NCBI GenBank assembly: GCA_947306495.1
Contig: CAMZGT010000003.1
Coordinates: 29,850-93,849, forward strand
Source of the DNA: an uncultured Acinetobacter sp.
Lineage (GTDB): Bacteria > Cyanobacteriota > Vampirovibrionia > Gastranaerophilales > Gastranaerophilaceae
Direction of reading: 5' to 3'
Length of the DNA stretch: 64,000 bases
Of this stretch, positions 19,083-27,428 are shown one piece after another. Position 1 is the first letter of the stretch; every line of letters begins with the position of its first letter. Under the pieces are notes generated by a model. It had not been told where the DNA came from. It searched no databases and saw only the letters and a program-made list of their open reading frames with translations. Made by a program: the position numbers and the translations under genes.

Positions 19083-19565
19083 ATGGATTTAATAACAGAC
19101 AGAACCATGAATATAACAAAGCTCGGTATGGACGGGCTTATGGACAGGCAGCACGCAATTGCAAGTAATATTGCTAACGTTATGACACCCGGATTTCAGA
19201 GGAAGGAAGTTGCTTTTGAAAGCCAGCTTGCTGAAATACAGGAACGGGAAGATTTAAAAGATTATATAAAAGGTAAAAACAGTATAGAATATAAACCGCC
19301 AATGGTTGATGTCTTTACCGGAGATATTCATAAATATAGAATTCCGACATTACAGGAAAAAGCATATTTACAGTCAAATGTATATGATCAAATTAATCCG
19401 CAAAAAGTTACGGATATTTTTAGCGGTCCGGATGACACAGGAAATAACGTTGAACTTGAACGAGAAATGATGGATTTGTCAAAAACCGGTACAAAATACC
19501 TTGTGTTATCAAATCTTGAAAGACGTCAATTCTCAAGTCTGAGTGATATAATTCGGGGACAATAA
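19083..19565 (+). CDS. flgB: flagellar basal-body rod protein FlgB
   Basis: ASNIANVMTPGFQRKEVAFE signature. The ATG directly abuts the kinase stop codon (TAAATG). Confidence 0.85.
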   Translation: MDLITDRTMNITKLGMDGLMDRQHAIASNIANVMTPGFQRKEVAFESQLAEIQEREDLKDYIKGKNSIEYKPPMVDVFTGDIHKYRIPTLQEKAYLQSNVYDQINPQKVTDIFSGPDDTGNNVELEREMMDLSKTGTKYLVLSNLERRQFSSLSDIIRGQ

Positions 19566-19579
19566 GGGAGGTTTGAAAA

Positions 19580-20086
19580 ATGAGTTTTAATATATTTGAT
19601 ATAGCAGGTTCAGGCATGACTGCTCAAAGAGTTAAGATGGATACAATTGCAAGTAACATTGCGAATGTAAATACAACTCGCCGTTCTGATGGTTCTAAAG
19701 GTGTGTATATTAAAAAAGATGTAGCTTTCAGAACAGTATACGAAAATACACTAAATCAGGGTTCTGCTAATTTTTCAAGTAACAGCCCTGATGCTCAATT
19801 TGACCCGAATACAGGGAACTTGTTAATAAATGCAAATATAGCTCTGAATAACGGATTAATTACCGGCGGGGTTCAAGTCGATGAAATATATGAGTCAGAT
19901 AACGGTGTAAAAACAGTATATGACCCGTCTCATCCGGATGCTGACGAAGATGGATATGTGGATTTGCCAAATATTAACGTAGTAGAAGAAATGGTTGGTA
20001 TGATTTCGGCTTCAAAAGCGTATGAAGCTAACGCAACTGTGGCAGAAAACGTTAAAACAATGATGCAAAGCGCAATGAGTATCTGA
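19580..20086 (+). CDS. flgC: flagellar basal-body rod protein FlgC
   Basis: IASNIANVNTTR motif, a C-terminal rod-family segment (AYEANATV), and gene order. Confidence 0.9.
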   Translation: MSFNIFDIAGSGMTAQRVKMDTIASNIANVNTTRRSDGSKGVYIKKDVAFRTVYENTLNQGSANFSSNSPDAQFDPNTGNLLINANIALNNGLITGGVQVDEIYESDNGVKTVYDPSHPDADEDGYVDLPNINVVEEMVGMISASKAYEANATVAENVKTMMQSAMSI

Positions 20087-20095
20087 GGTGTATAA

Positions 20096-20518
20096 ATGGA
20101 ATTTTCAGCAGGGATAACCGAATACAATAATACATATAACTTGAATGCAATAGATGATTATAACAAGTTTTTACGCAATAATTCATCTTTTAAGTTTGAT
20201 GATTCTGCACCAAGTGATTTTCAAATAGCTTTGGAAACAGCTTCTAAGTCATCTCCTATAAGGGACAAAGGTGACCCTATGGGATTGGGAAGTTTTGCCA
20301 GCCAATTTAGCTCTGCAATAGGTAATGGTATTAATGCCGTTAATGCTGCAAAATTAGAAGCAAACAGAATGCAAGAAGACATTGCTATGGGCGGACCTAC
20401 AAGTATTCATGATGCTATGATTGCAGCAGAGAAAGCAACTTTAAGTATGGAAATGGCAATACAGATAAGAAATCGAATGATTTCAGCGTATACTGACATA
20501 ACTAATATGCAGATATAG
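20096..20518 (+). CDS. fliE: flagellar hook-basal body protein FliE
   Basis: C-terminal AEKATLSMEMAIQIRNRMISAYTDITNMQI matches the FliE signature. It sits after flgC. Confidence 0.85.
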   Translation: MEFSAGITEYNNTYNLNAIDDYNKFLRNNSSFKFDDSAPSDFQIALETASKSSPIRDKGDPMGLGSFASQFSSAIGNGINAVNAAKLEANRMQEDIAMGGPTSIHDAMIAAEKATLSMEMAIQIRNRMISAYTDITNMQI

Positions 20519-20612
20519 CGTATGTTTCACACTTATTAAATCATACTTAAGAGTAGTTTACTTAAATATAAATTTGAGTTAACATGCGAGTATTGAGAGA
20601 AAAAGAAAGTGT

Positions 20613-21029
20613 GTGTTTATGATTCAACCTATCAATGCCTTAGCCCCTAGGGTGTTGTTTAAGGGGCAGTTTGATGATTACAAGCAACCGACAAAATTGA
20701 ATACTCAACAGAAGCTTGCTTTTATCAATGCAGCAGGAATTTCTACCGTTGCAGGAGCTTTAACAACGATTATAGCACGAACCTACACTTCGTCATGGAA
20801 ACATGCAGGATTTTTTGGTGTAGCAACGGCAGTTTTAGGAATGTTATTTTTAACTCCGCGTTTTTTGTACAAAACTGATATCAATGCAAAAGCAAAAACT
20901 CAAGAGATAGATATTTTTACAAAACAAAAAAAACTAATCAGTAATGTAAATGAAACGATAGAGAGTCATACAGGCAATATATCCGATAAACTGGAAACCT
21001 GTTCGAAAGTCATACTTAAGAGAGCTTAG
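20613..21029 (+). CDS. hypothetical membrane protein (GTG start at 20613 or ATG at 20619)
   Basis: 138-aa ORF with two hydrophobic segments and the N-terminal peptide MIQPINALAPRVLFKG. Confidence 0.5.
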   Translation: MFMIQPINALAPRVLFKGQFDDYKQPTKLNTQQKLAFINAAGISTVAGALTTIIARTYTSSWKHAGFFGVATAVLGMLFLTPRFLYKTDINAKAKTQEIDIFTKQKKLISNVNETIESHTGNISDKLETCSKVILKRA

Positions 21030-21466
21030 CTGTCAATAGGTGATTTTTTGCCTATGCCGAAGCCTTCTTTTGCTATTTTGTATATACTGTAACCAACTAT
21101 GCCCCAAGCCCCAAACTTTGCCCAACGGCCTTTTCCTGTTAGAGCGCATGAAGCGAATGCAACAGGCATAAAGTTATCAGCAAGGGAATTCAGTGCACCT
21201 TTGATAAATCCTTTAGTTTTTCCAAAAGCTGTGATAATAGGATTACTCATTCTTAAATCTGCGACTTTTTGTTGCATGGCATTTGTTATATGACTTTGCG
21301 AATCGGCTGTTCTTTGTGCGGCAATAATGCTCTCGAAAGTATCCGCAGAAGCCTCTTCTGCCCCGCTGGCTGCGTGGTGTTGTCCTTCCATATATGAATC
21401 ATAAGCGACCGCGCTCATTGCTGCGATTCCTACTGTTCTGCATACTACTTTTCCGATAAAATTCAT
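21026..21466 (-). CDS. hypothetical protein
   Basis: 146-aa ORF, tightly followed downstream on the minus strand by the end of the convergent ORF at 21029. No recognised family. Confidence 0.5.
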   Translation of the reverse strand: MNFIGKVVCRTVGIAAMSAVAYDSYMEGQHHAASGAEEASADTFESIIAAQRTADSQSHITNAMQQKVADLRMSNPIITAFGKTKGFIKGALNSLADNFMPVAFASCALTGKGRWAKFGAWGIVGYSIYKIAKEGFGIGKKSPIDS

Positions 21467-21477
21467 ATAAAACCTTC

Positions 21478-22452
21478 TTATTTGTTTTGTGGAACATTAT
21501 TTTCTTGCTTTTTTACGGGAACATTTTTGACTTCTGTTCCTGCAGTCATTTTTAGCAAAATGTCAGCCGCTTGTAACACATCTTCTTTGTCTGCATTCGG
21601 ATTTGCTTGGATATTTTGTAGCAGTTTTACAGTATAATCGTTTCCGCTTGCAAGTTGTGACGAGAATGCTGACAGAGCTGCAATTCTTACAAGTTTTGAC
21701 GGGTCTTGAAGCATTTTATTTAATAATGCATTTAATGCTGCATCATCATATCTGTTTTTGTCTTCGTCCAGTCTTGTAAGAATTTCTTTTGAAGCCATTA
21801 ATCTGATATCATCATTAGGATTATTTAAATAATTTTCCAATGATTTAATATATGCATCTGTTAGTGCAACCACTTTAGTTTCTTTTGTATTTTTCTTTTC
21901 TTCTTGTAATTGAGCATTTCTTTCATCAAGTTCATTTATGATTCCGTTTGACTTTGTGAAGTCCTGAATTTCAGGAGCATTATTTTCTGCATACGCTCTA
22001 TATGCAGAAGGATTGAATTCTTGAGGAACTCCTTCTTTAATAGGATTTTCGATAATGTCTTTAGGACTTTGTTGATAACTGTTATTTGGATTTGTATTAT
22101 AGTTATTCAAGTAATATTCTGCAGGATATGATGTTGTGTAGCCCCTGTCTTTTACTTGTTCTGCATTTTGTTGTGCAGTATTAACATTATCATATGGAAT
22201 AATTTTTTCCGGATAATTGTTTGTATATCCGTTTTGATAATAATTTGAGATTTCATTTTTTGCAGCAGGCTGACAGCAACAGCAGCTTGGGCATGTTGCA
22301 TATTGAGCATTCCGTTCAGCGGAATTAGGTATTTGTGCACCTTGCTGACCAACATTAACTGCAGGATTAGAAATTTGAATTGTAACACCTGAATAATTTG
22401 GATTAATCATTGGATTCGACATAATATTTAAACCTTTTTTCACACTATACAT
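21478..22452 (-). CDS. hypothetical protein: N/Q/Y-rich N-terminal half with a CPSCCCC cluster and a HEAT/ARM-like C-terminal half
   Basis: 324-aa ORF; an alternative start is MSNPMINP at 22422. The C-terminal helices (DDIRLMASKEILTRL, PSKLVRIAALSAF) look HEAT-like. Confidence 0.55.
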   Translation of the reverse strand: MYSVKKGLNIMSNPMINPNYSGVTIQISNPAVNVGQQGAQIPNSAERNAQYATCPSCCCCQPAAKNEISNYYQNGYTNNYPEKIIPYDNVNTAQQNAEQVKDRGYTTSYPAEYYLNNYNTNPNNSYQQSPKDIIENPIKEGVPQEFNPSAYRAYAENNAPEIQDFTKSNGIINELDERNAQLQEEKKNTKETKVVALTDAYIKSLENYLNNPNDDIRLMASKEILTRLDEDKNRYDDAALNALLNKMLQDPSKLVRIAALSAFSSQLASGNDYTVKLLQNIQANPNADKEDVLQAADILLKMTAGTEVKNVPVKKQENNVPQNK

Positions 22453-22586
22453 ATATAAAGTAAAATAATCAAAAAGAATTGCTTTGACTTTAACAAAACT
22501 TTACATATCTATTAAAAATGCAATGAAGTTTATCTTAATTATTTATTTTTAATTTTTATACAGCAATTTTGTAATATAATCTTCAT

Positions 22587-23453
22587 ATGGGTATGAAAAT
22601 TTTAGATTGTACGCTCAGAGATGGTGCATATGTGGTCGACTCAAAATTCGGGTTTAACAATATCCGAGATATAATTACCTGTTTATCTCTTGCAGGAATT
22701 GATATAATAGAATGCGGGTGGCTTAGGGATTATGATTATGGTAAAGACTCTGTCTTTTACAGGATACCGAAGGATATAGAGCAGTATTTACCTTCGAAAA
22801 AATCTGAGTATTCATTGATGTTCGATTACGGAAGATATGATGTAACTCAATTACCGAAAAATGATGGCATAATAGATATTATACGAATAGCATTTTATAA
22901 AAAGAATATAGATAATATTCCGTTTGTGGCGGAATATGTTAAAAACAAAGGTTATAAAGTGTTTTTGCAGCCATCAAATATTATGGAGTATTCAGATAAA
23001 GAAATTAATAAACTATGCACCAGGGCAAATCATATAGGTGTAGACTCTGTTTATATTGTGGATTCTTTCGGTTCAATGTTTACGGAAGATTTAGAAATAA
23101 TTATACAAAAATTTGTTTCTGTTCTTAATTCTAATATAAGAATTGGATTTCATTCTCATAACAGCATACAAATGTCTTTAGCGCTAACAATAGAGTTTAT
23201 AAAAATGTTAAACGATTGTGATGTATATGTTGATGCTTCTTTAGCCGGCATGGGCAGAGGGGCAGGAAATACGAAAACAGAACTTTTAACGGAGTATTTA
23301 AATAGGAACGGTTATAGCTATGATACAAGTATTTTATGGAAGTGCATACAGAAAAATATTATAAAATTTTATGATGTCAACAACTGGGAATACTCTCCCG
23401 AAAAAGGATATAGGGGAATTAACAATTTGCACCCTAATGCTGAAATACAATAA
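22587..23453 (+). CDS. HMGL-like aldolase / pyruvate carboxyltransferase-domain protein
   Basis: N-terminal ILDCTLRDGAY motif and TIM-barrel-type pattern, with HSHN metal-ligand histidines. Confidence 0.7.
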   Translation: MGMKILDCTLRDGAYVVDSKFGFNNIRDIITCLSLAGIDIIECGWLRDYDYGKDSVFYRIPKDIEQYLPSKKSEYSLMFDYGRYDVTQLPKNDGIIDIIRIAFYKKNIDNIPFVAEYVKNKGYKVFLQPSNIMEYSDKEINKLCTRANHIGVDSVYIVDSFGSMFTEDLEIIIQKFVSVLNSNIRIGFHSHNSIQMSLALTIEFIKMLNDCDVYVDASLAGMGRGAGNTKTELLTEYLNRNGYSYDTSILWKCIQKNIIKFYDVNNWEYSPEKGYRGINNLHPNAEIQ

Positions 23454-23476
23454 CATTTTTATTATAAAATACAAGT

Positions 23477-24013
23477 ATGGATATTTTTATTATTGAATCG
23501 AACGCAATTAATAATATTTCAGAAAAACTATTATTAGGTTTCCAAAAAAAAGAGATTTCTCATCAAAAGAATTTTAAAATGCATTGTTTTGCGTATTTAA
23601 TGACAGACAGAATTTTAAAAGAAGTATATAAGATAGAAAACAGAGAAATTATTTTTGAAAAATCTGGCAAACCATATCTTACAAACAGACAAAAATACTT
23701 TAGCATAAGTCATACAGATGAGTATCTTGCACTTGCTTTTGCTGATACTGAGTGCGGCATAGATATAGAAACCATTAAACAAAGGGACTATATTTCCATT
23801 TCTCGTCGTATGGGATTTAATTCATATGATTTGGAAAGTTTTTATCATAACTGGACAAAATACGAAGCAGAATATAAATTAGGAACAAAAGCATCTTCAT
23901 TTAAGACATTCAATTATGGAAAATGTGTAATAACTGCTGTTAATACAAGACCTCAAGAAGTTTTTGAAATTTATATTCAAAGTGGAGATAATTTTTCTAA
24001 TTCAGCAGTTTGA
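23477..24013 (+). CDS. 4'-phosphopantetheinyl transferase (Sfp type)
   Basis: FSISHTDEY...CGIDIE and WTKYEAEYKL motifs. Confidence 0.8.
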   Translation: MDIFIIESNAINNISEKLLLGFQKKEISHQKNFKMHCFAYLMTDRILKEVYKIENREIIFEKSGKPYLTNRQKYFSISHTDEYLALAFADTECGIDIETIKQRDYISISRRMGFNSYDLESFYHNWTKYEAEYKLGTKASSFKTFNYGKCVITAVNTRPQEVFEIYIQSGDNFSNSAV

Positions 24014-24068
24014 TTTTCCTAAAATTTTTCAATAATTTGCCGATAATATATTTGAAAAGGAGAAGATT

Positions 24069-24242
24069 ATGGCAAGAATTATTGAATCAACAGATGGCGG
24101 CAGAAGAATTATAAAGATGACAACAGAAGACATAATTTCTATTGTACAGGATTATCAAAGAATTGTTCCTCGCTCTTTGGATTGTAAAGAAGTGCGCAAC
24201 TACCTCAATGACGTAGTTATATATATTCCGGAAGATGTTTAA
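24069..24242 (+). CDS. small conserved-looking protein (57 aa), absent from the ORF track
   Basis: ATG preceded by AAAAGGAGAAG. It translates to MARIIESTDGGRRIIKMTTEDIISIVQDYQRIVPRSLDCKEVRNYLNDVVIYIPEDV. Its stop overlaps the convergent TPR gene stop by 4 nt. Confidence 0.5.
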   Translation: MARIIESTDGGRRIIKMTTEDIISIVQDYQRIVPRSLDCKEVRNYLNDVVIYIPEDV

Positions 24243-25900
24243 ACATTATCGTTATTGGAAGATAAATCATTGAGAGCATTTTTAGCTTCTTCAAAAGTAG
24301 GATCTTGGCTTAAAATTTCTATATAAAGTTCTTTGGCTCTTTCTTTGTTGTTATTTTCATATATTAGTGCTAAGTTGTATTTTGCTTGAATCATTTCAGG
24401 GTCATATGTTATGGCTTTTTTAAATGCATCTTCAGCATTTTTTACGTCATGCTGTGCGATGTACATAAGTCCGACTCTGTAAAGGCCTTCAGCATTCTTT
24501 TCATCTACTTTTAATAAGTCTGTTAATGCTTTCTTTTCTTCAAAGAAGTTTCCTATGTTGTGATGTGCTTCTGATAACAGTAATAAATATTTAGTTTTAT
24601 ATAGTTCATCTTTATCATATTCAAGAGCTTTATTTATCTCTTCAATGCAGCTTGTAAAATTTTTCAGTGCAAAATGGTTTTCTCCCATATGGAAATATAT
24701 TTCAGGATTGATTGTATTATATTGAGCAGCATTTTTCAGGTATTCAAACGATTCTTCATATTTTCCGGTTGAAGCCATATCTACTGCCCATTCTATGTAT
24801 AAATCACATATTAGAAGATTTACCTTTTTGGCTTCTCGCGGCAAACCTTTGTCTAATAAAATGGTATATTTTTCCAGTGCTTTCTGGTACTCTTTGTTGA
24901 TGATGTATGTTTGTGCAAGTTCAACGGTTATGTCAAAAGCATTTTGTGACATCAAAGCTAAATCTTCTAAAATTATTATACCGTCTTGTATTTTCCCGAG
25001 TTTAATATTAAATTCAGCAATATTATTTCTGACTTTAAATTTATCAGAACCTTGAACTTCCAGTAAACGATCTGAATATTCAATGGCTTTTTCATATTCT
25101 TCTGTTTGAACGTACATTGAAACTAAAGTGTCATAAACCCACAACAGCATCTTAGATTCAGTAACGAATTCAAGCATGTAAAGTAAAGTTTCAATTGCTG
25201 CTGTATAATTGCTGATTTTAATGTAAAGTTCAATTAACTTTTTATTTGTTTCTATATCCTTAGGATAAATTCCGAGTCGAGTTTTGTAAGCTTCAAAAGC
25301 GGCAGGGTAATCGCGAGCTTCTATATTCAATTGTGCCAGAATTGATTGAACTTCTGCAATATCTTCATCCTTGTCGGATAATTCAGAAATTACGTTGTAT
25401 GCGCTGATTGCCATATAAATTTGTTCGGTTGCTCTATACAATTCTGCAAGAGTTCTGATTGATTCTTTGTCGTTTTTTTTCTGCTCTACAATGTATTCAT
25501 ATTCACGAATAGCTTTACCTAAGAATTGTTTTTTAATGTAAGAATCTGCTAAAACTTTATGAGTATCTATGCTGTCCGGTTTCTGTTTTAAAATAATTAA
25601 ACATTGGCGAATTGCGGAATTGTATTTTTTATCTTCAAAAAAAGCTTTTGCAAGAAAAATCCTCACATCAACGTGTCCGGGGACTCTGTCTAAATACTTT
25701 GTTGCTAAAAGTTCAACAAGAGCAAATTCTCTTTTCTCAAAGAGAATATCAACTTGTTCCAAAATATTTTTTGTAGAAAGTTGCAGTTCTTCTCCTCTTG
25801 AATTGGTGCCTTGGAATAATATGATAGAGTACAATATATAAATCGCAGCGGCTGCAACCGCGAATGCTACAACAATTATAAGTATCTCTGAACTAATCAT
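24239..25900 (-). CDS. membrane-anchored tetratricopeptide (TPR) repeat protein
   Basis: N-terminal TM helix followed by many 34-aa TPR-like units (A..Y/F..A pattern). Confidence 0.8.
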   Translation of the reverse strand: MISSEILIIVVAFAVAAAAIYILYSIILFQGTNSRGEELQLSTKNILEQVDILFEKREFALVELLATKYLDRVPGHVDVRIFLAKAFFEDKKYNSAIRQCLIILKQKPDSIDTHKVLADSYIKKQFLGKAIREYEYIVEQKKNDKESIRTLAELYRATEQIYMAISAYNVISELSDKDEDIAEVQSILAQLNIEARDYPAAFEAYKTRLGIYPKDIETNKKLIELYIKISNYTAAIETLLYMLEFVTESKMLLWVYDTLVSMYVQTEEYEKAIEYSDRLLEVQGSDKFKVRNNIAEFNIKLGKIQDGIIILEDLALMSQNAFDITVELAQTYIINKEYQKALEKYTILLDKGLPREAKKVNLLICDLYIEWAVDMASTGKYEESFEYLKNAAQYNTINPEIYFHMGENHFALKNFTSCIEEINKALEYDKDELYKTKYLLLLSEAHHNIGNFFEEKKALTDLLKVDEKNAEGLYRVGLMYIAQHDVKNAEDAFKKAITYDPEMIQAKYNLALIYENNNKERAKELYIEILSQDPTFEEAKNALNDLSSNNDNV

Positions 25901-26008
25901 TAAAATTTCTCTTTTATACCTTTTAACATTATATACTATATTGGAATTTATGAAAAATTACCTCATATAAATGGTTTACTTTTAAGAAAAAGCAGTTATA
26001 TTATTATT

Positions 26009-26593
26009 ATGAAAAAATTTTTATCTTTGACTTTAATATTAATGTTAACTTTTTCAGCTGCAAGTGCAGATGATTTTTTTGATAATTATATGGGTGTTGA
26101 ACACGCTTGGGATGGTCAAAAGCCAATAACAAATCAAGAGTTTGAAAAGGCAATAGATGTGCTGCAAGCTAATCAGAAGAAAAAAGAAGCGAAGCAAAAA
26201 AAGAAAAAAATAAAAAAAATCAGTGGAGGTGGAACTAGTTTACATTCAGACTTAAGTCCGAATGGAGAAATTCAGACACAAGCTCCTTTAACAAAGAAGA
26301 AGGAAGGGCAGTTGTTGAATATTCCGGTAGATACGGTTCTGGATAATAACAAAATTCTGGAACGAGGTTTCTACAATGTGTACGCGAAGAAAGAAGATGG
26401 TAAAATATATCTTTATTTCTATCAATCACAGTATTTGATGGGCAAAGTAAGAGCATATGAAACTGATGAAGATTTTGACGCTGATACAATAGATTTTGTA
26501 AAATACGAATTTATAAATGACAATTGTATGAAGATATTATTCGGATCGCTTGATTATAATGCTTATGCTTATTTAATGTTTTACAATGAATAA
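26009..26593 (+). CDS. secreted hypothetical protein
   Basis: Signal peptide MKKFLSLTLILMLTFSAASA and a lysine-rich linker. Confidence 0.6.
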   Translation: MKKFLSLTLILMLTFSAASADDFFDNYMGVEHAWDGQKPITNQEFEKAIDVLQANQKKKEAKQKKKKIKKISGGGTSLHSDLSPNGEIQTQAPLTKKKEGQLLNIPVDTVLDNNKILERGFYNVYAKKEDGKIYLYFYQSQYLMGKVRAYETDEDFDADTIDFVKYEFINDNCMKILFGSLDYNAYAYLMFYNE

Positions 26594-26621
26594 TAGCAAA
26601 AAAGTTGATATATTACTTAAA

Positions 26622-26741
26622 TTATAGTATAGTTATTGTAGACTAAAATGAGCTTTTTATTACAAAATAAACACACGTTTGAAACAGATAGTTTAAATGT
26701 ATGATTTAGGCAGATAGAGAGTTATAGTATAGTTACTATAG
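26622..26741. promoter_or_regulatory. pair of 20-nt direct repeats exactly 100 bp apart upstream of the pilus/secretion operon
   Basis: TTATAGTATAGTTATTGTAG (26622-26641) and TTATAGTATAGTTACTATAG (26722-26741) match at 18 of 20 positions. Confidence 0.5.
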
Positions 26742-26765
26742 TAAAATAATAAGTAGTTAGAAGTA

Positions 26766-27428
26766 GTGAATATGAGCGATTATCTAAAGAAAAATTTTTC
26801 TAAACCGACAGATATATCAGTAGAGGAATTTGTTAAAAGATTTTCAAATTGCAAAATAGGCGGAAAAAAACTTTGTGTAGCATTATCAGCTCTCCTGGTT
26901 TTGTTTGCATTAATATCAGGATTTGTGGTATCTGTTAACAAAAGTAATCAGGAAAACAATGCAGGTAGCTTAATTACACTTGCAATATCTCCGTCTGCGG
27001 CTACATCGCAAGCAACTAATTTGATAACAATACCTACAGGTACCGTAAAAGCAAACCCTTTTTTGCCATACAGAGATATTAGCGGCAGTTCTGTTTCTGA
27101 TGTTCCTCAGTTTGATTTGGTTGAACCGCCGGAAACATTAAATGAAGGCTCTGATGCTGCAAGAGTTATGGATACCATAGTATCAGGGATTCTTTATGAT
27201 AAACATAGTCCTTCTGCAATTATAAATATAGAAGGTAACGATTATTTGGTTAAGAAAGGTGATGTTATTAATAATTACAAAATTATAGATATAACCAAAG
27301 ACTGTGTTTCTGTAAAACTTGGTACAAACATATATAGAGCCGGTATAGGTGAAATATTAACAGAAGGTTCTATAAATTATAATGAAGTTTCTAATTTAAG
27401 TAAAAAATTCGGAGGGGAAAAACGATGA
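26766..27428 (+). CDS. secretin-associated inner-membrane protein (PilP/GspC-like)
   Basis: Single TM helix, then a C-terminal beta domain (IINIEGNDYLVKKGDVINNYKIIDITKDCVSVKLG). It overlaps the secretin start. Confidence 0.5.
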   Translation: MNMSDYLKKNFSKPTDISVEEFVKRFSNCKIGGKKLCVALSALLVLFALISGFVVSVNKSNQENNAGSLITLAISPSAATSQATNLITIPTGTVKANPFLPYRDISGSSVSDVPQFDLVEPPETLNEGSDAARVMDTIVSGILYDKHSPSAIINIEGNDYLVKKGDVINNYKIIDITKDCVSVKLGTNIYRAGIGEILTEGSINYNEVSNLSKKFGGEKR

